Under the pieces are notes generated by a model, which saw only the letters and a program-made list of their open reading frames with translations, had not been told where the DNA came from and ran no database searches. The translations under genes and the position numbers were made by a program. From Balanoglossus misakiensis (taxonomy: Eukaryota; Animalia; Hemichordata): a stretch of 64,000 nt of DNA. Where the stretch lies: contig CM082591.2 in the NCBI GenBank assembly GCA_040954595.2, forward strand, positions 5,859,009 to 5,923,008. Direction: 5' to 3'. Position 1 is the first letter of the stretch, and each line of letters starts with the position of its first letter. Shown here piece after piece: positions 13,217 through 25,900 of the stretch.

Positions 13217-16200
13217 ATGAAAAACAGTAAAGTAGCGCCATTTAGGAATAAGGTAAGTGTGATCATGGACTTGAAAAGCAGAATTGTAGTCGCATTCAAT
13301 ATGCTGATAATAAATGTGTAGCATGAATGTTTGATATGAAGATATTCGCCCTGGTAAACATACAGCTGTTTTCGGATTTAGGAAGACGTCGACCCGATGG
13401 TAACTCCAAACTTGAGAAAATGTCTGTACCAAATGTGCGGTATCAATTAGGCAGTTTTAATCGTTCAGTCAAAATAATTTCTGAAAGAATTTAATAGATT
13501 ACATCAAACTAATTCAATCGGGGCAAACTAGTCCTCACGAGTACTATTTCAAACATACTGATGGATAAAGTCGCTCTTTTTAAGCTTTTTCATGAATGTT
13601 GTTTGATGTGAAAAGCTGTTTATAGTGTTTGATGGCGGCTTGAAAATTTGTAAAATATTTGTAAACTATGCTCAATCTCTACTATATGTGTATAGACAGA
13701 TAAGAGTGAACATTCAATGAAACAATTTGTGATCTCTAACCAGTTATTCATTATTGAGTCATATTTTGTCAGGGTTATTTGAAGGTGCTCGTTAACGGAT
13801 TTTAAAAAAGATAGTCTTCTCCGAATCTTCCAAGTAATTGCTATATTAAAATGTGCTGCGTGTCATTTCGAAAACAGAGAACGCAAGTAGATGTTCTTGT
13901 TTGATATCGCGAGACTTGACGACGTCACTCCAAGTCGATCAGAAAAGCTCCTCGAAAGTGAATAAAGCGAGCAACTTGAGAAGGCAGGCCTGTGGCAAAC
14001 TTTTAACACCCTTTGAAACCACGGTACCATGAAAGCAAACATTTTTTGCATGGCTTGCTATAATCTAAGGACAGAGTGGAAAAATAATGAGCCGGTAAAC
14101 CTCCAATCCTCCTTTTGTGGCCTAAGTGTATAATATGAATATAATTTGCTCCGAAAAATACAAAACGCCCTGAATCAAGATTTGCTTCCTTCAAACACCA
14201 AAGAGCATGCGATTTGGGCTTTGTGCAGCTGGCCTTATAACATTGTAATGGTTTAGATGCCACAGAAAGAGAGAGAGAGAGCGAGAGAGAGACACAGAGA
14301 GAGAGAGGTGTGAAGATATACAGTAATATTATTTCAATTCTTTAGACAGATTCAAAGAAAAACAGAGCAAGAAGAATTTCCATCGGGATATTTATTGGAG
14401 TAACAGGATTATTCATCGCAGGAGCTGGTCTGTTTTTCGGTATATATGTTGATTTTTTCTTAAAGTGATAGAGGAGGTGAACCGTCGACTAGCGTGAAGT
14501 GTTTATTATCAACGGTTAGAAAGACGTTTCCACTTCTACTTATACATGCATACTACAATACGGGATAATCTGCAATAGGTGTCATTAATACTCTTTACTC
14601 TAATTTCGCTTATGCATTGCTAATTGAGCTGACTTGATGGCTGGTAGCACCGTTATTTGCTGTCTGTGTCTTTAAGAAATACGTCTTAGTGTTAAGTGAT
14701 TTTATTATAAGGGGCATTTCAAGGAGTAAGTTGAACATGTATTTTAACGGCGGTGGCGTGCATCGTTATTTTTAAGGTGGCGTGTCCAAGGCTCTGAATT
14801 TTATGTCGAACCAAACAGAAGATCAGATACCAGCAGACAATGCTACAGTGGCGAGGACATTGCAGCCAGCAGTTGGAGGTAAACGCCAACAAAAGACAGA
14901 ACGTTTCTGGCTGATGATTATTTTCTATCTTTATGCGTTGTCCATGTAGGCCACATTTCTCTGGTATATATGAGTAATGTTGTACATCAATTGTTGAGGG
15001 GGGTTGTACATATTGCTGTCTTTTCCACAGTTCACTCTTAGACAGGACATATCCAGCGAGTTTGGAAAATTGGGTCAAATTAATGTTTCCCAGGTCTGCG
15101 AAAAATTCAAGACGTCTTTTGTGATCAAAACACTAAAAGTGTTTTATTTCTTTTCTTGTATTTTAAATTGTTGTTTAATCTGTAATCATCTTGTTAGAAT
15201 TGGTTCGAGTGCGAGCTTCAAGTGTTGATCCGTTGCGAATCAATGGGAGTTTCGACGTTGTCATGGGAGAGCCCAACGAGTTTCTTCTACCGTTGTTACT
15301 GACTATAGCAAGCAACAACACAGGATTAATATCAGGTCAAGCGAAGGATCTGTTCAAAGTTGAGGTGTTCCTCTCCGCTTCGAGCAATGGCAGCAACGCC
15401 AATGGGGAAAGATATGAAGCGAATGTTACGTCCGGTGAAATAACTCTCCAATCAAGTACAGTTGTCCTGATCTCAGCCTCTGCAAATATTGACCTCTCAT
15501 CCGGGATCTGTGGTAACTTCTCTCACATCTGCGCCGAGGTGTCACCGGCAGAAAATTCTGGCTGGATTTGGGAAGGGTCCTCAACACTCCTAGGCCCCGT
15601 GTGTCGGCCTTTTAGTTCTTGCAGACGTAAGTATTAGTGCGTGTCTGTGTATTATTAGAAATATGCATCATTGAAAACAATATGATTGTTACTTAGTAGC
15701 AAACAAAGGTTTTAGGTTTGATACGAGACACTGTTTGTGTTATTCTACATGTGTATATGTAGTGAATGAATATTCAACCACACGCAACTTCCATCCCGTT
15801 TGTATGATATGGGAGTAAACATCTCGCCAAAATGAATAAACGGTAGAGACTGATTATTCATTTTGGCAAGTTTTTTCATTCTCATTTATACAAGTGTGGT
15901 GGAAGTTGTGTGTGGTTGAGCATTGATTCACCAGATATCCACATGTAGAATAACATAAGCAGTGTCTTGTATAAAACATAATAAGTGGAAAAAAGGGCAG
16001 TGAAAGAGAGACTTTGTCCTTCTAATTACTGGTTTTATTTTGGCTGACAGCTTGTAACAAGGATGACGGTTACGACAGATACGGAAGTGACATCAACATA
16101 GGTTGGCAAAATAGGAAAGATAACGCTGACGCGTGTTGTGAAGACTGCCAGAGTAACGTGCTTTGTCGCGCCTGGACTTTCATAAAATCTAGTGGCGACT

Positions 16201-18282
16201 GTTGGTTGAAGGATGCAGTTCCCGATAAATCACCGCATCAACTAGTTGTGTCAGGCGTCGTCTACAGATCAGGTAACCCCAATCTGATTAAAGGAACATG
16301 AGCTGCAACTTTTGGGATAATTATCATAATTTTTGTTTCAAACTGTACTACGATTAGTCCATGCAAATGAAGGCAATGAACTACATGTATACACAAGCAT
16401 TATAAACCCTTAATATGAGTGCATATGCAAGTTTTAACCAGATAAATAATAAAGCTTTGCCGCAAGCAAATATGGCCGCCACCGTGGGAAAATGCAAAAA
16501 AAAAAATGAAAATGTTATGAAACTTTATAAACAAAACATGATCTCATCCACTTGAGCTCATGGAAGTAAATGTACACCACAGAGACATTATATTTTCCTT
16601 TTTCATTGCAATATTGCACTTTTATAAAAATTGCAGGAATTTTCGTTTTTCTTTCATTTTTGGCCATTTTGTCATAAATAAGTGTTGAGCTTGATAAATT
16701 ATCATGAAATATCATTTAATAGACATAATTAAAAGCATATATTTAAAACTTTAATTTTTTATCCAGTTGCAACTCATGTACCTTTAAATAAATGTTATAT
16801 TGTGATTTAACTTCTGTTACAGTAGATACAACAAACCCTAGGAGATAGGTATCTTTCATCTGATTTTTTTTATTGAAGGTTTGTGAAGTCCATTCTATGT
16901 AAGAAATCACACTGATTCAAAAATACAGTCTTATTGACCCAACCCAAGGCAAAATTGCCATTTCCGAAACATTTGGCCTCATTTTTAGAAAACATTAAAA
17001 ACAAACTGTATTTTTCAAATTCGGGGATCTGATGACGTATGGATATGCTCATTCGATGTAAAATTTGGTGGAAATTCCAAAAATTTAGTCTGGTTGACCC
17101 CGAACAAGACAAAATTGCCTCTTTGACAATATTTGCCCAAACGGGTCATTTTAGACAAAATTTAAAACAAACTGTTTTCTTCATATTTGGTGATCTATGC
17201 GAAAATGGTAACTATTAACAATTAAATAGTCTTGTCGACCTCACTCAATGCAAAAATGCCATTTCTGGCCACTTTGGGGGGGGGGTCAAAACAGGTTCAG
17301 AAACACCTGTTAGTGGGCTGTTTCTAAACAAGGCAAACGCCAGTATTACTCCTCCCTGAACTTGAAATGAATCAAACGTTAACTACGGGTGCTTTGTTGG
17401 CCGACAGCTTGCAACGAGGAGGATGGTTACGACAGATACGGAAGTGACATCAACAATGGGCGGGATAATAAGAAAGATAACGCTGACGCGTGTTGCGAAG
17501 ACTGCAAGAGTAACGTGCTCTGTCGCGCCTGGACTTTCAGCAAAGAGAATGGCGACTGTTGGTTAAAGTATGCAGTTCCCGATAAAACACCGCAACAACT
17601 CCAAGTGTCAGGAGTCGTCCAGAGATCAGGTAACCCCAATCTGATTAAATAAATGTCATCTTGTGATTTTTTTGTGTGGTGAAACTCCAGGCCTATCATG
17701 TTCTGCCCATGCGCAGTTCCTCTTTGATGAAAAGTCTAATTTTATTAACTCATAAAAATATGTATTCGGAATATAAAGACCAACATTATTCTTCGTGACC
17801 AAAAATTCTACAAGTTCAATTTTTGTTCAAGTCCAAACTATTATTATTATATAAATTGACTCATGATACCCTCACTTGGCGAAAGTATCATAGCAATCAC
17901 ACAGTCAACTATTTTACTTGGATTTACGAAAACAATGTTTAAGTTTAGAGCCTAAATGGTGTTTTTGGAACACGCGTCATCAAAACGGACATCATGTTTA
18001 TTTGTTTTTGACCTTAGGTACATATTTAGCGACATTTTCAGAGTGTTTTGACTACATAGTATTGGAACGCCAGAAATGTCATCCGAAATCACCAATTTAC
18101 ACCGTTATGAAGATTTTGGATGGAATTTCTGGCGTTCCCACAGCCCCCATCCAACGTCAGATTGATGTCATGACAGATCGATTGATGTAATATGGATGGA
18201 TTGATGGATACACACAGATCTTACTCTATTTCATCTAAATATTCAAATACTTTTTATCTTGTTTCTGTTTTATCCAGAATAA
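13217..18282 (+). CDS. Gene C: type II membrane protein (~369 aa), TM + stalk + 1 Cys-containing domain + 2 PAN/Apple modules. Exons 13217-13252, 14346-14439, 14777-14878, 15198-15626, 16051-16272, 17408-17629, 18278-18282
   Basis: Head-to-head paralog of gene B; two 222-nt phase 1-1 PAN exons; all junctions GT-AG and in frame. Confidence 0.8.
15716..16021. mobile_element. Dispersed palindromic element family (~255-bp hairpin plus end motif AGGGACAAAG..CTCTC..GCTGCCCCTTT)
   Basis: Hairpin GATACGAGACACTG..TACATGTG..TTCAACCACAC..CAAAATGAATAA with mirror arm; other copies at ~20379-20678 and ~40730-40942, fragments at ~4388-4420, ~7830-7860 and ~51580-51660. Confidence 0.75.
16292..16783. mobile_element. 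Non-autonomous TTAA-specific DNA transposon (Kolobok-like)
   Basis: TTAA|AGGAACATGAGCTGCAACT...AGTTGCAACTCATGTACCT|TTAA; empty site CTGATTAAATAAATGT at 17641-17656. Confidence 0.85.
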
Positions 18283-18490
18283 CTAGCCTTGGATACCACT
18301 TTACCCAGTGAATGCTGAGAAGACTATACCTTCGTTCTGAACATTTCTCCTGGGTTGTGATTTTTATAGAGTCGAATGACACGTAATCAGGAATGATTAA
18401 ACGGATAAAAATATGCTTGGAGGCATATATGCGATCTGAAGGTTTATTCATGAAAAGTAGAGTATGTGACACCGACATATAGGGGAGACA

Positions 18491-19185
18491 GGTATGGATG
18501 GACGGATGGATGGATGAATATAGGTAGGGGGGTGTTTGACTGATTAGTTGGGTGGGTGGGTGTATGGTTGGATGGACGGATGGATGGATGAATATAGGTG
18601 GTGGGTGTTTGACTGATTAGTTTGGTGGGTGGGTGGTGGGTGTATGGTTGGATGGACGGATGGATGGATGAATATAGGTGGTGGGTGTTTGACTGATTAG
18701 TTTGGTGGGTGGGTGTATGGTTGGATGGACGGATGGATGGATGAATATAGGTGGTGGGTGTTTGACTGATTAGTTTGGTGGGTGGGTGGTGGGTGTATGG
18801 TTGGATGGACGGATGGATGGATGAATATAGGTGGTGGGTGTTTGACTGATTAGTTGGGTGGGTGGGTGTATGGTTGGATGGACGGATGGATGGATGAATA
18901 TAGGTGGTGGGTGTTTGACTGATTAGTTTGGTGGGTGGGTGTATGGTTGGATGGACGGATGGATGGATGAATATAGGTGGTGGGTGTTTGACTGATTAGT
19001 TGGGTGGGTGGGTGTATGGTTGGATGGACGGATGGATGGATGAATATAGGTGGTGGGTGTTTGACTGATTAGTTTGGTGGGTGGGTGTATGGTTGGATGG
19101 ACGGATGGATGGATGAATATAGGTGGTGGGTGTTTGACTGATTAGTTTGGTGGGTGGGTGTATGGTTGGATGAACGGATGGATGG
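18491..19185. repeat. G-rich minisatellite, ~73-80-bp unit, about 9 copies, downstream of the gene C stop
   Basis: Unit GTATGGTTGGATGGACGGATGGATGGATGAATATAGGTGGTGGGTGTTTGACTGATTAGTTTGGTGGGTGGGT. Confidence 0.95.
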
Positions 19186-21316
19186 TAAGGCGGGTGAAAA
19201 GTAGTCGAAGAGCATGTGACATCGACATAGGGGGCTATACTGTTGGATGGACAGATCGATGGATGGATGAATAAAGGATAGATGGACAGGTGGGTGGGTG
19301 TTTGACTGGTTGGGTTTGTGGGTGGCTGGATGGATGGATGGAGAGTGGATAGTTAGGCGGGTGAATAAGTGGCTTGATAAACCTTAGCGATTATCAGAGT
19401 CAAACCAGGACAAATTTAATTTTTGATTATGTAAATCATTGATATTTTGCACATGTAGTTGTTAGATTTTCTTTGAAACTTTATGGGAGAACCTTTGTGA
19501 ATAAGTAAGTCAGACAAATTAAATTTTGAAGAAATCTGATACGTTTGTCACAAGATGATAGCCCACAATGACGTCATCTGAACGCTAGTAGAAATGGTGA
19601 CATCAAGATCCTGATCGTAAGATATTTCAATTTTGTCAAAATTAGTTTGCAAACAATAAACAGGATGGATGGTTAGGTATGGTTTATAAAAAGATGAAAC
19701 ACAGAGAGGGGGGTTATTAATCACACAAGTTTGAACAAAAATCTTTACTTGTCAGAACTGTATTAAAACTGTATAGAGACTTAATTTACACTATCAGACA
19801 TCTTAATTTTACCGTTATCAGCTGCTGGAAATACTTGCTATATTAAATGAATAAAATGTCCATCTAAGCATATAGCGGTCTGAAGTTACATGCCTGTGGC
19901 AATGACACGTGTTTTTGATGGGTAGATGGATGGTAGATGGATATATATGTGGGTTTATCAATTGGACGGGCAAAATGTGAATTCTACTTGATGGGTAAAA
20001 TCTTATAACGGCAATTGTGGCTGCCTTAAATAGGTTTTCACTTTGCGCTAGGGGGTCAAATCCCATTGCATTCTGGTCGAAAAGTCGACAACCCACTGTA
20101 GTAAGAGATAGAAATAATGATATGTTTACTGTATTTCATGACTTCCTTGGGTCAAACATGTCTGTCTTTGTAGTTACCATATTAAACTCATTAAACTTTT
20201 TTCACATTTTGTTATTTTTTCTGTTAAAAAGTTTCAGAATGACCCATCATCACTTTAGCTTATGAACTCCTATTTCTTAAACATGGCAAAAATCGGCCAT
20301 CTTGAAATTGTGTCCACCATGTGAGATTTTTATCACCCACTTAGGTAGCCAAAAACCTATTTAAGGTCGGGAGAATTTAAAGGGACAAAGCCTCTATCTC
20401 GCTGCCCCTTTTTCATTAATTATGTTTGATAGAAGACACCGTTTATGTTAATGTACATGTGTATATGTAGTGAATGAACGTTCAACCAAACACAACTTCT
20501 ACTATCCCGTTTGTATGATATGAGTGTAAAAATCTCGCCAAAATGAAATACAGTAAGCACCGATTATTCATTTTGGCGAGTTTTTTTCACTCTCGTGTCT
20601 ACACGTGGGATGAAAGTTTTGTGTGATTAAACGTTGATTCACTATATATCCACATAAACTGTGTCTTGTATCAAACATGATTAATGTAAATAATGTTTAA
20701 TAACCAATAAGTATTCTTACAGGAAGAAAGTGAATACTAACATTAATAAAATCGGGTAAACATGTTTTCAAAACTTGTAATCAAGTTCTAAGTTCATTTT
20801 CACATGCGGCAAGGCCATGTCTGTAAGAGTACTCTTTCTGCATTGTATCTACACTATCAACAGCCGGTAAATAAAATTCACCAAAAAAACGCGGGTGTCA
20901 GTTTCAAACTGACGCTATATTGTAGAAAAGCATCCTACAAGAGATATACTCACGCAAGCCTCCCATTAGGCACCATCAAAGAACTTCTTACTTTACAGCA
21001 GGCTACTAAAAAGCTTGGCATGCAATATCTTTTGAAAATCTTTACAATAAATGATCTTGAACAGATGATTAAAGTTTTGAGGCTTGTTTGCCAATGAATC
21101 GTAATACATGTAGTTGTCATGACAAATATGATCATTTCATGTCATTCGTTGGCCGTGTTAAACTTTATCATCGGACCCATTTCATAATAGTACCATGTTA
21201 AAGGTTACGATCAACATGTCAACTATTACGATTACAGTTTCCTTGTATTATTGAAGAAAGCAGGCACATATTGAAATTACACTAAATGTTACACTTGAAA
21301 GAAGTTATATAATTAA

Positions 21317-22474
21317 AGTGGAACGACACCCTCAATTTTGGGCTTCAAAGTACAAACCGGGTGTCAAAAACGGCAACGTTCCGATGGGTTAATTCACTTT
21401 CACTTCCTGCGCAAGCAGAAGACGCGCGTTGAAAATACTACAGTGACGTCAGCAACTTACACGTTCGACGTGTCATTTCCAATAAACAGACACATTTTGC
21501 GCGGATCTGACATGGCGAAATGTCAAGTTCATGATTTTAAAAACATATTTGGAAAATCGACGGGGATAAGTTTCTTTCAAAGGCAATGCTCTTCGTGTAT
21601 TGTATTTGTCGATGCGTGCAGACATAGACCCTGCAATGTCCATGATGCCATGCATGTCGACGTTTATGAACAAACCGTAAGGCCTATACAAAGTTGTTCT
21701 AACTGCCGCTGATAATAATAAACGTACCGTTTTAAATCCTTCCTGCACGTTTTTTGGTACACGTATTTGGGTTTAATTTCCATTTATTGACGATCGCATA
21801 GTTATCAAATGAAAGCAACTAAAAAGGGCAGTTTTAATACATTTCAAGAGACGAAACATGCATACAATAACTATAGTATTGGCTTCCATTATACTACGGA
21901 CGTACTACACCTGGAGAGCAGGACGATGCACCTGCGTTCTTTTCAACTCCATAAAAGGTGACTAAGTATTTTTGTAAGAAAAGTGGTTCGAAAAGGTGAC
22001 AACGAGGGAGAGACAACGAGGGAGGGTATTGTTTAATTGCAGCATTGTCTGTTTCACCATAGACTCTAGGGTCTATGGTTTCACTGAAACCACACCAAGT
22101 GTAAGCCTTGACAAACGGGACACATCGGAGATCAGAACTGCATGAACTTTTGTCCTCTGTAAAATTCAGTCGCTTGGTCGTAGAAGGGAATCTCTGGTTC
22201 AAAATTGTAGCCCACTACCCGAGAATATGTTGCTATGCTAACGTCGTCGGTCGCGTGAGTGCAGGCGTGTATAAGCATAAGCTCGCTCCAACGCGTCGGC
22301 AGCGGACAACGGTACCACAAGTTGCTGACGTCACTCACTTCCGGGTTCGCGCAGTTTTTTGCTGACTGTAGCTCTGTTATGCGTAAGTGAAAGTGAATGA
22401 AACCAACGTTTTTCATAGTACTTTTTAATCGCATTTCGCAGAATTGGCTCAAAAACGGATCACAACGTTCCACT
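21317..22474. mobile_element. 1.16-kb non-autonomous TTAA-specific transposon (Kolobok-like) in the 3'UTR of gene D
   Basis: TTAA|AGTGGAACG...CGTTCCACT|TTAA; empty site GACGTTAATTATATAAC at ~6229-6245 in the gene A 3'UTR. Confidence 0.85.
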
Positions 22475-22940
22475 TTAACGTCAGCCTTGACCATTCCCTG
22501 TCCAATGACGTCATGACGAAGCTTCGTACCTGAAAATAAAACACAAAATTGCAATCTGAGAAAGTGTTCGTAAATGTCTGCTGTGCATCATGTAACTTTA
22601 TCTTTTTAAACGACTTTGTAACAGTAAGGAAATCATGCATGGGGCTCCTGCAAGCTCAATAATGTTAAAATTTAAATTTAAAATCAAATAATTGATAAAA
22701 TCGTGTGCACCTGTTGCTATTGTTTCCAGGTGCCCATCTCATAAAGTAAAACTAATTCTCAGAAAAAAAAATAATTTACAATTTAAGACACGATATTTAA
22801 AATGAGATGATTTGCAAGTAGGTCTAGTTAGTCTTTGCATTTCAAACAAGCAAATAAAATTAAAAGTAAATAAATATGAGCGACTGCCCATCTGTTAATC
22901 CCTATTATCAAAATATAATTATTTAAATGGAATAATTACC

Positions 22941-25900
22941 TCAGTTGATGAACGACACTGACGTCATACATCGACTGTTGGCTATCTCGCCTATCCATAA
23001 CGAGTGGTACTGTGGCCGTTGCCAGAGTCCACAAGTTGTTCCAATACCAATAACCCTGCCATGAACATTGACAGATATTTCACTGACAGTGCCAGAATTC
23101 TCTATCCTGGACCAGCTTCCTTGTACACCGCCACGTATCAAAATAAACCCGTCCATGCTCACACCGAGCAGTTGACCACTCGGAAGGGGTGATATAGACA
23201 ATACGCAGCAACTGGAACCTGCGGGACCACTCCATGACCCATGGACACCAGGACGCGTCCACAACCTATTTTCCGTACCAATACCAACGATTGTACCATC
23301 TGGCAGAGTAGTGATGTCCATCACGCAGCAGCTGTCGTATGCAGGTCCTACCCATGCGGCGGTTTCACTGGTTTTAGTATAAAGCCTTTTTTCAGTACCG
23401 ACACCGACGATTGTACCATCAGTTTTGACAGTGAGGGCGATAACACAACAAGAGTTCGGCAGAGGCCCAGTCCATGTCCCTTCAATATCTTCACGTTTAT
23501 ATATCCGTTGGTCTGTCCCAACCCCATACATCGGTTCAGCTGTGAATTAATACACAACTAAATGAATATCCATAATAGTTTGGGTGAATATTTTGGATAT
23601 GGTGGTGGCACTAATCGTTTTTATCGTGAAGATTACATACATTGTACCGCCTTGCAAGGTGGGTTAACCAATATGCAACATGCAATAAATAGATTTGCAA
23701 TACAATGGCCATAAAAGGTCACCCGGTAATAAAGCTTTGCACCTATACTACAGTATTTCATAATAAAAAGTGAAAAGACGTTGTTCATATTCAAAACGCG
23801 GAAGTGATTTGACGAGACTCTCACAATATACGCGCGGGCATTGGTCCAGCTCATTGCAGTTGTTCCACTGCAGGTGGTATGCTAGTGTCTGAACAAAATA
23901 AAGCCGCGTATACGCATGCAGGATTCCTTTGTTTTCATCTATGCACCTTTTGTTCGAAACATGTGTTCCATTGACTCAATGTTCTACTGTTTCAAATACT
24001 TGACAAAAATCTACAAAAAGATGTGTCTCTAGTTCATACCTACTATACATAAAACATTTCTATTATATGATAAGGATGCTTAGGTCTCTAAAACTGCCTT
24101 TAACATGGCAAACCTGATACTCGGTTGTTGTTTAACATCTTATTTTCTCGATTCTTAGGGCTAGGATCAAATGGTGCTTCTTCTTGCTGATGTGAATCTC
24201 TGTATTACACAACCGTGTGGCATGACACGTGTCACTGAAATCCCTTATCTACTTACCAATCCTGCAGGAATCAAACGGTACACAAACACGGCCAACGTGG
24301 TCGTTTTCTCCGTACCAAAACCAGTTACTGTGTGCTGTCGGTGACACTTCGACGCAGATATGAGTGAAACTCTCGCAATGTACTTGGGACAGGTCAAAAC
24401 TTGGCGTGATCGCGAATTGGATAAGCGCATTTATTTGAAAGGTCATGGGATCCGCTGGTAAGTTTGCTCCAACTCTGTGTCCAGTTCCGAATGGACCGGA
24501 AAGGAACGCGTCAACTTTCAACAGATCCACCAGTTGACCAGACAGCAATCCTGTACTGTGAGACGCCGTGATGATCATAACTGACATATAGAAATCATTG
24601 GGTACTCCCGTAACAACATCAACGGCACCGCTAACTAGCAATGGACTTGCAAGGTCCACTTGAACTAAATAGAAGGAATACGGGAAAACGTTTATTAGTC
24701 TATGGAGCATTTCTGTTTACCGTTAGGAAAATAACTGCGATCATACCCTTTCATACTACAACACAGCAAAGACAGTCTAAGAAGTGTTGTCAGTTTTTCG
24801 AAAATAGTAAAGTCACCATGCCTCATACAATGGAATGTCAATGGAAGTGTTCAAGGGGGAGTTCACCAGTAAAACCTGTCATTACGGACACCTCTCTAAG
24901 CAGGACACCTCTCTATTAAGGACAGATTTTCGGGTCCCATATGTGTCCTTAATTTACAGGTTTCACTGTACATGCATATGTGCCCTGGGAGGAGGGTTAG
25001 CCATTATGCAAAATGCAAATAATAGATATGCAATACAGTTTACCATATAAAGGTCATCCGGTCAATATTGCTTTGCACCTATGTATACTGCAGTTATTGT
25101 TCAAGATCTAAATTCTCGATTCTTATACAACTAGGGTCATATCGTGCTTTGTGTTGCTGATGTCAATCTCTGTATTGCACAGCATTGTGGTATGGCTGAT
25201 ATGTGTTTATGCATATGTCAGATCATTGAAATCCCTTCTCTACTTACCCCGGCAGGAATCAAACTGTACACAGGCAGGACCAACGTGGTTGTTTGGAGTG
25301 TGCCAAAACCAGTTAGAGTGGGCTGTCGGTGACACTTCGACGCAGATATGAGAGAAACTCTCGCACTTTCCTTGGGACAGGTCAAAGCTTGGCGTGATCG
25401 CGAAGTTGATAAGCGCATTTGTACGAAAGGTCATGGGATCCACTGGTAAGTTTGCTTCAACTCTATCACCGTCGGTCGAGCCGGTCAAGAACGCGTCAAC
25501 TTTCAGTAGATCCACCAGTTTACCAGACAGCAATCCTGTACTGTGAGATGCTGTGGTGATTGTAACTGACAGATGGAAATTATTCGGTACTCCCATAACA
25601 ACATCAACTGTTCCGCTAACTTGCAATGGGCTCTGAGTTGCCGGGGCCACTTGAACTAGATGGAAGGAATATAGCAGTTAGCACAGAGAAATTCCACCAG
25701 GAAAACAACTGCGATCACTCTAAGCTTCCATATTTCAAAATTCAAAATTTCCACCAAACAAAAGACAAAAGTGTGCAAAAGTGCAACAATTCTTTTAGGC
25801 CTACCGATACACGTTCCATGCACTGTCAGACAACCTGAAAGAACGTCGCCTCCTGACCATTTCCATGGAAATCCGGAGTTTCCAAGAGGGAATGCATCGA

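Noticed and set aside
18491-19185. Regular array considered as CRISPR-like
   Set aside because: Head-to-tail identical units with no unique spacers, in a eukaryotic context
20024-20366. 15-bp inverted repeat CCTTAAATAGGTTTT / AAAACCTATTTAAGG
   Set aside because: Probably a MITE remnant, but no TSD or clear ends could be defined
21338-22554. ORFs inside the 1.16-kb TTAA element
   Set aside because: No recognisable transposase motifs; element treated as non-autonomous
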